Part shown: positions 1 through 11,794 of the stretch, piece by piece
Layout of the letters: every line of letters starts with the position of its first letter
Numbering within the stretch: the stretch's first letter is position 1
Assembly (NCBI RefSeq): GCF_963921235.1
Contig: NC_086109.1
Location: 11,904,001 to 11,968,000, forward strand
Direction: 5' to 3'
Source of the DNA: Mobula hypostoma
Taxonomy: Eukaryota
Length of the DNA: 64,000 bases
Made by a program: the position numbers and the translations under genes
Notes under the pieces: generated by a model
The model's input: the letters and a program-made list of their open reading frames with translations, nothing else
What the model was told of the DNA's origin: nothing
Database searches by the model: none

Positions 1-14
1 TGTCAAGCTTTTTC

Positions 15-263
15 CTAGTCCTGTGGAGTAGCAGGAGAGAAAGCTTTCTGTTTGGGCTTTGCGCAATGCGTTTGAAATTTGATATCTGCATAGGTGACGT
101 TGTCCACATCAGTAACGGTGTGGACTGCTCTTGATTTCCTTTTAAATTTCACATCTGCATACACAATTCCAGTTTCATTTCTGGCCGACTGGACAGCTGC
201 CTCATTGTTTCGAACATGGTGTAGTTCTGTATAAACGACATTTTCTTCCAACGTGGCCATTTC
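15..263 (-). CDS. Terminal coding exon of an inhibitory Ig receptor: cytoplasmic tail with three ITIM-type motifs
   Basis: Acceptor tttttttatttcag|GAA at 263 (phase 0). Reads EMATLEENVVYTEL...IVYADV...VTYADI...PQD, with stop TAG at 15-17. In frame with the 47-nt exon at 1960-2006. Confidence 0.88.
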   Translation of the reverse strand, partial: EMATLEENVVYTELHHVRNNEAAVQSARNETGIVYADVKFKRKSRAVHTVTDVDNVTYADIKFQTHCAKPKQKAFSPATPQD

Positions 264-1319
264 CTGAAATAAAAAAATAAATTCCGAGATCTATTTTATG
301 ACTGATGGATGTGAAAGTTGAGGGTGTGAAAAGCTACAGGGAGAAAGCAGCATAATAGGTGAGAGGGAAAATAAATCAACTGTGATTGAAGGACGGAGCA
401 GTCTTGATGGGCCAAATGGACTAATTCTGATCCTATACCATATGGTCTATGGTCTATGGTCTTAATTTCCGGATTATTTTTTTCATTATCTATTTTATGT
501 TTATAGCCCAAGTTCCACTCTCATCCATATGTGGAAACACCTTTATTCAATAAAACAATTTGATACTCTTTCAGGCAACTACCAGATCACCCTCAGTTTT
601 CTGTTTTTAAATAACCTGTGATCCTTTCAATCAGCTTGTAGAATTTCGTTTTCCAGAGTGTTTGATAACAGCTTAGTGAGGACCTAATACTAACTGTGCA
701 ACAACAGCATGTTGCTTTACAACACCAACACATGAAGTCGGTAGTTGGTGTTTCACAGGGGTTTACTGAGAGTAGAGGTTGAAAATAAACTTGGGAATTA
801 TTTGGGCAAATTACAATACTTTTAGGGTTTACAGTCATAATGGTTTGTTGTAGCAGGTTAATTGATCACATGGGTGTAATTGGCTGGTCTGTGGACTGGA
901 AGGACCGGTTACTCTGCTGTATCTCTAACAAACAGAAGTTAAGAGGACGGAATTGCAGGAGTTCATGGGGTTGAGTCCAGTGCGTGGGATTTGGGCAGCT
1001 GAAGCTACTGACATTGGTGGTGGGATTCAGAGACTGGAGGATGCACAAGAGGAACACACAGTTCTCTGAGGGTACAGATCTTGGAGAGAAAATGATGCCC
1101 TCAAGGGAAAATGTACAGCAGAGCAGAATCCTCCAACAATCTCCACCCTCCAGTTACCGTGCACGATGAAAATTGTGGATGGTATCACAAACAAAGACTG
1201 CTGATAACAGACCTAAGACTCAATAGACTATTCATACTGGTGTCAGGATTAAGGGGTAGCATGAGAAAGTGGGTGGGCGGGGTCAGCACAGAACAGATAT
1301 TTACTTATTTAGAGATACA

Positions 1320-1505
1320 GCATGGTAACAGGCCATTCTGGCCCAACAAGCTGCACTATCCAATTAAACCCATGTGACCAAATTAACATACTAACATTGG
1401 AATGTGGGAGGAAACCCACAAGGTCCCAGGGAGAACACGCAAACTCTTTACAGACAGCAACCGGAGTGATCCAGTTTGTTACGCAAACCGCTACACTACT
1501 GTGCC
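1320..1505 (-). mobile_element. V-SINE-like fragment
   Basis: Shares the central motif (ctggg..cc..gtgggtttcctcccaca.tccaa) with the SINE copies at 2060-2370 and 2570-2885. Boundaries approximate. Confidence 0.55.
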
Positions 1506-1959
1506 ATCCCCAATTTATTGTTCTGAATAGACCTGCCCCAATTTTTTCTGATTTCACTGCAGAGTTTGAGACGCTGAGGGACTATCCAAAAATTTAACTG
1601 AAAAGTCATTGAACACAAAGACAGATTTACATAATTGGACGTTCCATCTCTAACAGTAGAGGGAGGACCAACCCCACTTTTCACCATTCAGTGATGATAA
1701 CCAAGGCTGGAGCCACTTTGAAGAATAGTCACATAAAATATTATGAATAGAATTAAGGAAAATCAGGATGAGCAGAAGAGAAAGGAACAAATAACCAGAA
1801 GGATATGCCAATAGGATTCAATGAGAGGAGTGTTCGGAGGTTTGTGTAAAATATTAATACTGGACTGAACTAGTGCAGAAGAATGAACTGTAAACTCCCA
1901 TGTAATCCCATTTTTAAACATTCTGAAACATTCAGATAATTTACACTTCACGTCCATAC

Positions 1960-2006
1960 CTGGGTATCATTGTTGCCTTCTCCGTGAGATGTGTTGGGCT
2001 TGGATT
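1960..2006 (-). CDS. Short cytoplasmic exon of the Ig receptor (ESKPNTSHGEGNNDTQ)
   Basis: Acceptor gtattttccag|, donor CAG|gtatgg. The 47-nt exon runs phase 1 to phase 0 and bridges the TM exon and the ITIM exon in frame. Confidence 0.78.
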
Positions 2007-2059
2007 CTGGAAAATACAACATTACTGCTAAAAATTCCATGGCTGTTACAGACATAAAC

Positions 2060-2370
2060 ATTTATTTATTTATTGATCGATTGATACAGCACAGAGTCGG
2101 CCCCAGCAGCCTTTTGAGCTTCGCCACCCCAGTAACCCCTGACAAACCAGATTAACCCTATCCTAATCACGGGACAATTTCCATTGACCAATTCACCTAC
2201 CTGGTACGTCTTTGGACTGTGGGAGGAAACTGGAGGACCCAGAGTGTATCCATGCATCCCACAGGGAGGACATACAGAGACTCATTTCAGAACGGCACTG
2301 GAATTGAACTGCAAACTACGGAATGCCCCGAGCTGTAATAGCTTTACGTGAACCGCTAGGTTACCATGAC
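2060..2370 (-). mobile_element. tRNA-derived V-SINE (HE1-like)
   Basis: B-box-like GTTCAATTCC (2300-2309 on minus), V-domain-like core ggtcctccagtttcctcccacagtccaaagacgt, A-rich tail (tttattt on plus). Confidence 0.7.
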
Positions 2371-2569
2371 ACCCATACTGAATCTCAGAACCACGGGAAC
2401 CCCAGCTGCAACACAGTAATGATTCTCCACACAGAGCAAACCTCTGCTCTGGTTACTGCACGATGTTCAGAAAGGATCATGTTGTTGTATACCCCACCTG
2501 ATAATAACACACAGGTGATCATGATACTCACAGTTCGCTTCACTAGTTTACAAAGTCTATTTAAAAGAG

Positions 2570-2885
2570 AAGATTATTTCTTTATGGATTCATTTGGTGA
2601 TATACCACAGAGTAAGCCCTTCCAGCCCTTCGAGCCACACCGACACAGCAACCCCGACAAGTCTGATTAACCTGAACCTAATCATGGGACAATTTACAAT
2701 GACCAAATAACATACTTGGTGTGTCTTTGGACTGCGGGAAGAAATTGGAGCACCCTGGAAAAACCCACACATTCAATGGGGAGGACGTAGAGACCCTTTA
2801 CAGAATTTCACTGGAATTGACCTCTGAACTCCAAAATGCCCCGAGGAGTAATCACATCACACTAACCTCCACGTTACGGTGGTGC
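2570..2885 (-). mobile_element. Second V-SINE copy
   Basis: Aligns by eye with 2060-2370 (GTTCAATTCC, ccaatttcttcccgcagtccaaagac). Confidence 0.65.
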
Positions 2886-3090
2886 CCATCTCAGGATCAT
2901 CTCAATAAACCAGATCACTGACTTAATCTACGGCAACTTTTTGCAACCAAAGCAGGGTAATTTTGCCAGTGACATGCAGTGAGTGGTAGATTGGTAAAAG
3001 ATACACCTGATCTTTTTTTTAAGAATTACACAAGAGTACGATTTTAGACATACATTGTCCAAATGATTGCATTTAATTGGAGGTTGTACT

Positions 3091-3331
3091 TGTGGTAAAC
3101 CATATATATATGTTGCAACTGGGTTACTTGTCTGGACATGCCTGGACATGCCCCTCTGCTGACTGCTCCTGTGGCTCCTCCCACCGACCCCTGAATAAAG
3201 GTGATTGTGCCACTGCTCTTCCCTCAGTCCAAGGCAGATACTCAGCATGGACGTTGGACCATTTGCTGTTAATAAAAGCCTTTCAGTATTTACTCTACTT
3301 CCAGTCTTTTGGAGTAATTGATAGTGCCTCA
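3091..3331 (+). mobile_element. Solo LTR (241 bp) with 5-bp TSD GTACT
   Basis: TG...CA termini, GTACT at 3086-3090 and 3332-3336, AATAAA near the 3' end. Confidence 0.8.
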
Positions 3332-3399
3332 GTACTGAGGAACAGCTTATTGAATACACTTTCAAATACAACAGCTAATTCTCCAAAACTGAGTAGTAC

Positions 3400-6395
3400 A
3401 GGTGAGACCATCTAAATCTTTCTAAAAGTGGCAGGCCGACAAATCCAGGGCAAGCATTAAAAAGGGCCACTTTTCAACATAATTGTATAAGGGCTAAGAG
3501 CGTTGTAAAAGAGCGCCTGAAGGCTTTGGGTGTCAATGCAAGGAGCATTTGTAATAAGGTGGATGAATTGAAAGTGCAGATTGTTATTAATGATTATGAT
3601 ATAGTTGGGATCACAGAGATATGGCTCCAGGGTGACCAAGGATGGGAGCTCAACGTTCAGGGATATTCAATATTCAGGAGGGATAGACATGAAAGAAAAG
3701 GAGGTGGGGTGGCGTTGCTGGTTAAAGAGGAGATTAACGCAGTAGAAAGGAAGGACATAAGCCGGGAAGATGTGGAATCGATATGGGTAGAGCTGCGTAA
3801 AACGCTGGTGGGAGTTGTGTACAGGCCACCTAACAGTAGTAGTGAGGTCGGAGATGGTATTAAACAGGAAATTAGAAATGTGTGCAATAAAGGAACAGCA
3901 GTTATAATGAGTGACTTCAATCTACATGTAGATTGGGTGAACCAAATTGGTAAAGGTGCTGAGGAAGAGGATTTCTTGGAACGTATGCGGGATGGTTTTT
4001 TGAACCAACATGTCGAGGAACCAACTGGAGAGCAGGTTATTCTATACTGGGTTTTGAGCAATGAGGAAGGGTTAATTAGCAATCTTGTCGTGAGAGGCCC
4101 CTTGGGTAAGAGTGACCATAATATGGTGGAATTCATCATTAAGATGGAGAGTGACATAGTTAATTCAGAAACAAAGGTTCTGAACTTAAAGAGGGGTAAC
4201 TTTGAAGGTATGAGACGTGAATTAGCTAAGATAGACTGGCAAATGACACTTAAAGGATTGACAGTGGATATGCAATGGCAAGCATTTAAAGGTTACATGG
4301 ATGAACTACAACAATTGTTCCTCCCAGTTTGGCAAAAGAATAAATCAAGGAAGGTAGTGCACCCGTGGCTGACAAGAGAAATTAGGGATAGTATCAATTC
4401 CAAAGAAGAAGCATACAAATTAGCCAGAAAAAGTGGCTCACCTGAGGACTGGGAGAAATTCAGAGTTCAGCAGAGGAGGGCAAAGGGCTTAATTAGGAAG
4501 GGGCAAAAAGATTATGAGGGAAAACTGGTAGGGAACATAAAAACTGACTGTAAAAGCTTTTATAGATATGTAAAAAGGAAAAGACTGGTAAAGACAAATG
4601 TAGGTCCCCTACAGACAGAAACAGGTGAATTGATTATGGGGAGCAAGGACATGGCAGGCCAATTGAATAATTACTTTGGTTCTGTCTTCACTAAAGAGGA
4701 CATAAATAATCTTCCAGAAATAGTACGGGACAGGGGTCCAGTGAGATGGAGGAACTGAGCGAAATACGTGTTAGTAGGGAAGTGGTGTTAGGTAAATTGA
4801 AGGGATTGAAGGCAGATAAATCCCCAGGGCCAGATGGTCTGCATCCCAGAGTGCTTAAGGAAGTAGCCCAAGAAATAGTGGATGCATTAGTGATAATTTT
4901 TCAAAACTCGTTAGATTCTGGACTAGTTCCTGAGGATTGGAGGGTGGCTAATGTAACCCCACTTTTTAAAAAAGGAGGGAGAGAGAAACCAGGGAATTAT
5001 AGACCGGTTAGACTAACGTCGGTGGTGGGGAAACTGCTGGAGTCAGTTATCAAAGATGTGATAACAGCACATTTGGAAAGCGGTGAAATCATCGGACAAA
5101 GTCAGCATGGATTTGTGAAAGGAAAATCATGTCTGACGAATCTCATAGAATTTTTTGAGGATGTAACTAGTAGAGTGGATAGGGGAGAACCAGTGGATGT
5201 GGTATATTTGGATTTTCAAAAGGCTTTTGACAAGGTCCCACACAGGAGATTAGTGTGCAAACTTAAAGCACACGGTATTGGGGGTAAGGTATTGATGTGG
5301 ATAGAGAATTGGTTAGCAGACAGGAAGCAAAGAGTGGGAATAAATGGGACCTTTTCAGAATGGCAGGCGGTGACTAGTGGGGTACCGCAAGGCTCAGTGC
5401 TGGGACCCCAGTTGTTTACAATATATATTAATGACTTGGATGAGGGAATTAAATGCAGCATCTCCAAGTTTGCGGATGACACGAAGCTGGGTGGCAGTGT
5501 TAGCTGTGAGGAGGATGCTAAGAGGATGCAGAGTGACTTGGATAGGTTGGGTGAGTGGGCAAATTTATGGCAGATGCAATTTAATGTGGATAAGTGTGAA
5601 GTTATCCACTTTGGTGGCAAAAATAGGAAAACAGATTATTATCTGAATGGTGGCCGATGAGGAAAAGGGGAGGTGCAACGAGACCTGGGTGTCATTATAC
5701 ACCAGTCATTGAAAGTGGGCATGCAGGTACAGCAGGCGGTGAAAAAGGCGAATGGTATGCTGGCATTTATAGCAAGAGTATTCGAGTACAGGAGCGGGGA
5801 GGTACTACTGCAGTTGTACAAGGCCTTGGTGAGACCACACCTGGAGTATTGTGTGCAGTTTTGGTCCCCTAATCTGAGGAAAGACATCCTTGCCATAGAG
5901 GGAGTACAAAGAAGGTTCACCAGATTGATTCCTGGGATGGCAGGACTTTCATATGAAGAAAGACTGGATGAACTGGGCTTGTACTCGTTGGAATTTAGAA
6001 GATTGAGAGGGGATCTGATTGAAACGTATAAAATCCTAAAGGGATTGGACAGGCTAGATGCAGGAAGATTGTTCCCGATGTTGGGGAAGTCCAGAACGAG
6101 GGGTCACAGTTTGAGGATAAAGGGGAAGCCTTTTAGGACCGAGATTAGGAAAAACTTCTTCACACAGAGAGTGGTGAATCTGTGGAATTCTCTGCCACAG
6201 GAAACAGTTGAGGCCAGTTCATTGGCTATATTTAAGAGGGAGTTAGATATGGCCCTTGTGGCTACGGGGATCAGGGGGTATGGAGGGAAGGCTGGGGCAG
6301 GGTTCTGAGTTGGATGATCAGCCATGATCATAATAAATGGCGGTGCAGTCTCGAAGGGCCGAATGGCCTACTCCCGCACCTATTTTCTATGTTTC
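3400..6395 (+). mobile_element. CR1 LINE, near-complete ORF2 (APE endonuclease + RT), inactivated
   Basis: ORFs 3526-4758, 4746-5660 and 5673-6308 carry NARS, YRPP, SDH, KSPGPDG, DFQKAFDKV, GVPQGS and FADD. One frameshift near 4750 and an in-frame TGA at 5658-5660. The 3' tail is ttctatgtttctac. Confidence 0.95.
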
Positions 6396-6644
6396 TACGT
6401 TTACACAACCTCGTGGTTCTCTGCCATTGCACAGTTGATGTGAGATTCCATCACCTGAAGTTTCAGGAATAATGGAGTCACCAGGTTACAGTGGAAGCAA
6501 CACCATTCATTGATGTGTTGTAAACCAACACATTGGCACTCTAAACCTGTCTTTTTGTTGACTGCAACCAAATCAAGTTCCTAAAGATTCAGCAGCTAGT
6601 TATCATTTTCATCATGAAATAACGAAAGCAAAAACAAAACCTAC

Positions 6645-6736
6645 CCCTGTTTTTTCTCTTCAGGTAGCAAAGGAGACAAACGACAAGTAGTATGAGAAGA
6701 ATTCCAATGATACTGAGCACAATTATGTAAGTGTGG
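6645..6736 (-). CDS. Transmembrane exon (HTYIIVLSIIGILLILLVVCLLCYLKRKNR)
   Basis: Strong acceptor cctttccttttctttaccacag|, donor AGGG|gtaggt. About 22 uncharged hydrophobic residues followed by a KRKNR stop-transfer stretch. Runs phase 2 to phase 1. Absent from the ORF track. Confidence 0.88.
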
Positions 6737-6998
6737 CTGTGGTAAAGAAAAGGAAAGGGTTAGTTCTTGTTCACCATTTATTCTTGGCCATTTGTAAAGT
6801 CTGACATTTACACAGCATTTTTCCTGAGCTCAGGATGTCTGCAGCTCAGAAAATGAACATTAGACACTGTTGACAGTGTGGGAAATTGATAAAGCCAATC
6901 TGCTCTCAGCAAGGTCTCCAAGTAGAAAAGTGATCACGGCCAATGATAGTGATGTTGGTTGAAGAGTAACCATTGTCCAGGCCATCTGGGAACCCTAC

Positions 6999-7188
6999 CA
7001 TGTCCTTTGCAAACATTTCATCAGAACTGTTGCATTAGAAGATTGATCCATGGCTTCTTCTCTGACAGACAGCATTGCTGACCATGTAGCCGAACCTCTT
7101 CTTTGAAAGGGTTCCATGGCTTTTTTTGTTTCATAGCTGTCTGGACTATTGTTTGGCTTGGATAAGTCAGGCTGAGGGGCTTGTTTTT
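6999..7188 (-). CDS. Candidate stalk exon (unconfirmed)
   Basis: 190-nt stop-free segment (KQAPQPDLSKPNNSPDSYET...SSNATVLMKCLQRT) bounded by tattag| and TG|gtaggg. It gives the phase 1 to phase 2 change needed between the C2 and TM exons, but the acceptor is weak. Confidence 0.25.
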
Positions 7189-7279
7189 CTAATACATAAC
7201 AATGACTTTATAACTCAGAACATGAGCTTCAACTGCATAACTTAAATTATTAAATATCTTGTGTAAGAAAATGATCTTC

Positions 7280-9213
7280 TTTTAATCGAGGCACGACTGC
7301 GCAGGTGCATGGATATCAGTGAGTTAGACCGGTGGGAAGAATTTAAAAGGAGAGGGTTTTTTCTTCAGCAGTTTGATCGAGGCACAACTGCAGGCGCGGA
7401 GGTGCCAGCAAGTTAGACCGGAGGGAAGAATTTAAAAAGTAGACAGCTTTATAGAGCGGGCGCCAGAGGAGCGTGTGTAGAGAGAGTCAGAGTAGGAGGG
7501 CTTTGGCTCAACGGGACATCGGCAATAGTGGGCTGAGAGGAGGTAAATTACTTGTGAAGAATAGGAATAGGGAGTATGTCTGTGAGGCCAGTGTTCTGTA
7601 CTGGGTGTCAGATGTGGGATGACTCCCAGCCTCCCGGATGGCCACATCTGCACCAGGTGCATTGAGCTGCAGCTCCTTAGGGACAGGATTAGGGAACTGG
7701 AGATGCAGCTCAATGATCTTCGTCTGGTCAGGGAAAGTGAGGAAGTGATAAAGAGGAGCTAAAGGCAAGTAGACGCACTGGGGCCTTGGGAGACAGATAA
7801 TTGGGTAACAGTCAGAAGAGGGAAGGGCAAGATAGTACCCCTGTGGCGGTCCCCCTTAACAATAAGTAATCCTGTTTGAATACTGTTGGGGAAGCAATAG
7901 TGGCCGCGCCTCTGGCACAGAGACTGGCCCTGTGGCTCAGAAGGGTAGGGAAAGGAAGAGGATGGCATCAGTGATAGGGGACTCTATAGATAGGGGGACA
8001 GACAGACGATTCTGTGGACACAGTAAAGGAACATAGATGGTAGTTTGCCTCCCAGGTGCCAGGGTCCAGGATGTTTCTGATCGTGTCCACGATATCCTTA
8101 AGTGGGAAGGTGAATAGCCAGAGGTTGTGGTCATATCAGTACCAATGACATAGGTAGCAAAAGGGAGGAGGTACTGAAAACAAACTACAGAGACTTAGGA
8201 AGGAAACTGAGAAGCAGGACCTCAGAGGTAGTAGTCTTGGGATTACTGCCTGTGCCATGCGACAGTGAGTATAGCAATAGAGTGAGGTGGAATATAAGTG
8301 CGTGGCTGAGGGATTGGAGTGGGGGCAGGGATTCAGATCTCTGGATCACTGGGACCTCATTTGCAGCAGGCGTGACCTGTACATAAAGGACGGTTTGCGC
8401 TTGAATCCGAGGGGGACCAATATCCTGGCAGGGAGGTTTGCTAAGGCTGTTGGGGAGAGTTTAAACTAGAATTGCTGGGGGTGGGAACCGAAATGAAGAG
8501 ACGGAGGAAGGGGAGGTTGGCACACAAATAGAGAAAGCTCGTAGGCAGTTTGAGAGGGAGAATACGCAGGTGATAGAGAAGGGGGCTCAGCCGATGGTTT
8601 GAGATGTGTCTATTTTAATGCAAGGAGTATTATCAACAATGAGGATGAGCTTAGAGCATAGATCAGAACTTGGAGCTATGATGTTCTGGCCATTACAGAG
8701 ACTTGGATGGCTCAGGGGCAGGAATGGCTACTTAGAGTGCCAGGCTTTGGATATTTCAGAAAGGACAGGAGGGAGGCAAAAGAGGTGGGGGCGTGGCACT
8801 GCTGATTAGAGATAGTGTCATGGTTGCAGAAAAGGAGGAAGTCATGGATCGATTGCTGACTGAGTTGCTGTGGGTGGAATTTAGAAACAGGAAGGGGTCA
8901 ATAACTGTATTGAGTGTTTTTTATAGACCACCCAATAGTAACAGGGACATTGAGGAGTGGATAGGGAGACAGATTCTTGAACAGTGCAGTAATAACAGGG
9001 TTGTGGTGATGAGGGATTTTAATTTTCCCAATATTGATTGGCATCTCCTTGGAGTGAGCATTTTAGATGGGGTGAAGTTTGCTTGGTGTGTTCAGGAAGG
9101 TTTCCTGACACAATATGTAGAAAAGTCCACAATGGGAGAGGCTGTACTTGATCTGGTACTGGGAAATGAACCTGGTCAGGTGTCAGATCTCTCAGTGGGA
9201 GAGCATTTTTTTT
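7280..9213 (+). mobile_element. CR1 LINE 5' part (5'UTR repeats, ORF1 Zn-finger/esterase, start of ORF2), degenerate
   Basis: Decayed ORF1 (FCTGCQMW; GDS...GTDRRFCG) and endonuclease ORF 8793-9215 (FYRPPN, DFNFP). The sequence breaks off after GEHF. Confidence 0.85.
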
Positions 9214-9900
9214 GAGATTATGTGTCCTCATTCATCAGTCCTCGTTTCTTGTCATTTAGAAGTGCATGCATTAAAAAATGATACAATGTTCCTCTAGAAT
9301 GATATCACAAGAAACACTGGACAAAACCAAGACTAAAGCTGACAAAACCACATAATTATAACATATAGTTACAACAGTGCAAAGCAATACCGTAATTTGA
9401 TAAAGAGCAGACCATGGGCATGGTAAAAAAAAGTTTCAAAGTTCCGATAGCCTCATCATCTCACGCAGGTGGTAGAAAGGAAAAACTCTCCCTGCCATGA
9501 ACCTCCAAGCGCCGCGAACTTGCCGATGCAGCACTATTGGAAGCACCCGACCGCAGCCGAGTCTGAGTCCGTCCGAAAACTTCAAGCCTCCGACCAGCCC
9601 TCCGACACAGCCTCTCCGAGCACCATCCTCTGCCGAGCGCTTCGACCCCGCCCCGGCCGCCGAGCAACAAGCAACGTCGAGGACTCGGGGCCTTCTCCTC
9701 CGGAGCTGCTGGACCACACAGTAGCAGCAGCAGCAAAGCAGGCATTTCAGAAGTCTCACCAGATGTTCCACCGTGCTCTCACGTCCGTCTCCATCAAATC
9801 AGGATTGTGCATGTCACCCTATTTGACAAATATCAGACAACACCACCAGGGTGGCCAATGCGAGTTGCGTTGCGCCGCCATCTTCTCCTCCCTTATTCTC
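9214..9900 (-). mobile_element. Non-autonomous interspersed repeat starting GAAGATGGCGGCG
   Basis: Homologous by eye to 24790-25130 (tcctgatttgatggagac..cgtgaga..gaacatctgg...aatgcctgc). No credible coding ORF. Family unassigned. Confidence 0.6.
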
Positions 9901-9905
9901 CTCCC

Positions 9906-10880
9906 TGTTGTTCCCTTATTCAAGAAAGGAAGTAGAGATAGCCCAGGAAATTATACACCAGTGAGTCTTACTTCAGTGGTTGGTAAGTTGATGGAGAAGA
10001 TCCTGAGAGTCAAGATTTATGATCATTTGGAGAGGCATAATATGATTAGGAATAGTCAACATGGATTTGTCAAAGGTAGGTTGTGCCTTACGAGCCTGAT
10101 TGAATTTTTGGAGGATATGACTAAACACATTGATGAAGGTAAAGCAGTAGATGTAGTGTATATGGATTTCAGCAAGGCATTTGATAAGGTACCCCATGCA
10201 AGGCTTATTGAGAAAGTAAGGAGGCATGGGATCCAAGGGGACATTGCCTTGTGGACCCAGAACTGGCTTGCACACGGAAGGCAAAGAGTGGTTGTAGATG
10301 GGTCATATTCTGCATGGAGTTTAGTGACCTGTGGTGTGCCTCAGGGACCTGTTCTGGGACCCCTTCTGTTCATAATTTTTTAAATGACCTAGATGAGGAA
10401 ATGGAGAGATGGGTTAGTAAATTTGCTGATGACACAAAGGTTGGGGGTGTTGTGCATAGTGTGGAGGGCTGTCAGAGGCTACAGTGGGACATTGATAGGA
10501 TACAAAACTGGACTGAGAAGTGTCAGATGGAGTTCAACCCAGATAAGTGTGAGGTGGTTCATTTTGGTAGGTCAAATATGATAGCAGAATATAGCATTAA
10601 TGTAAGACTCTTGGCAGTGTGGAGGATCAGAGGGACCTTAGGGTCCAAGTCCATAGGACACTCAAAGCTGCTGCGCAGTTTGACTCTGTGGTTAAGAAGG
10701 CATACAGCATATTGGCCTTCATCAACCGTGGCATTGAGTTCAAGAGCTGAGAGGTATTGATACAGCTATACAGGACCCTGGTCAGAAACCACTTGAAGTA
10801 CTGTGCTCAGTTCTGGTCACCTCGCTACAGGAAAGATGTGGAAACTATAGAAAGGGTTCACAGGAGATTTACAAGGATTG
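9906..10880 (+). mobile_element. CR1 RT fragment
   Basis: VVPLFKKG, SQHGF, DFSKAFDKV, GVPQG and FADD motifs, with stops and frameshifts. Confidence 0.9.
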
Positions 10881-11794
10881 TGCTTGGATTGGTTCTACAT
10901 TTGAATTCTACATTGACTGAAAAGCCAAAAGCATCGTCCCTCATCTTGTGCTCCCAGCTCTTTACATGTAATGATTTTTATTCGATTGGAGTCATCATTG
11001 TCACTGCCCACTAATGTCTCAGTGTGTTTCCACATTCCTGAGTCAATAGGTTACTGATCCAGTCCCATTTCAGGCAGGAGAGCACAAGATCAGTGGTGGG
11101 TAACTTACTGGAGGTGACAGTATGGGACAGGATCTACCTGAATTTGAAAAGGCAAGATCTGATTTGGGATCATCAACATGATTTTGTGCATGGGAAATCT
11201 TCTCTCAAGAAAATTGACAAAAATTGATATTTTTACTCACTAAAAATACGACTGAGTTTTTTGATGATGGAAGCAGTCAGATTGTGATAGTGTGGAGTTG
11301 TTTTCTGACAACATCAGACTTTATCACCAGTGGTGTACCATTGGGATCAGTGCTGTTATTTAATAACCACTGTTATTTGTCATCAATATGAATAGTTTGT
11401 AATGATAATGTCAGTAACATGATTAATAATGTGTGGATGACACTGTAGTGCAGTGGACAGTGGAAAGAGTTGTTGAAGTTTACAAAGGGACCTGAAAAAT
11501 GATCCAGTGTTCAGCCCCATTACTCTGTGCCAGCAACGACCCCCAGTTGAGCCTGTTCCATCTGCCTGCATTTGACCCGTCTCCCTCTCCTCTCGCTACT
11601 ACCATCAGGTGGGAGGTGCTGGAGTCTTGGGGCCCACGCCACCAGGTTTGTCAGCACTTGGTGATCTGCAGCTATCGGGCTCCTGGATTGGCTTCACTCA
11701 TCTCAGTGTGAACGGACTCTGCAGTTGCGGATTCACTTTCAGGGACTCTGCGTCTCATGCTCCATGTATTCATTGTTTACATATTTTTATCAGA

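Noticed and set aside
593-838. Cys-rich minus-strand ORF (CWCCKATCCCC)
   Set aside because: No splice or phase support and no recognisable domain. Not needed for the gene model.
6664-6760. Plus-strand acceptor-like tttttctcttcag followed by a NYVSV tyrosine motif
   Set aside because: All three frames have stops. It is simply the antisense of the TM exon.
9469-10383. 304-aa ORF with a Ser/Pro-rich N-terminus and RT C-terminus
   Set aside because: Junction artefact of the inverted non-autonomous repeat and a CR1 fragment.
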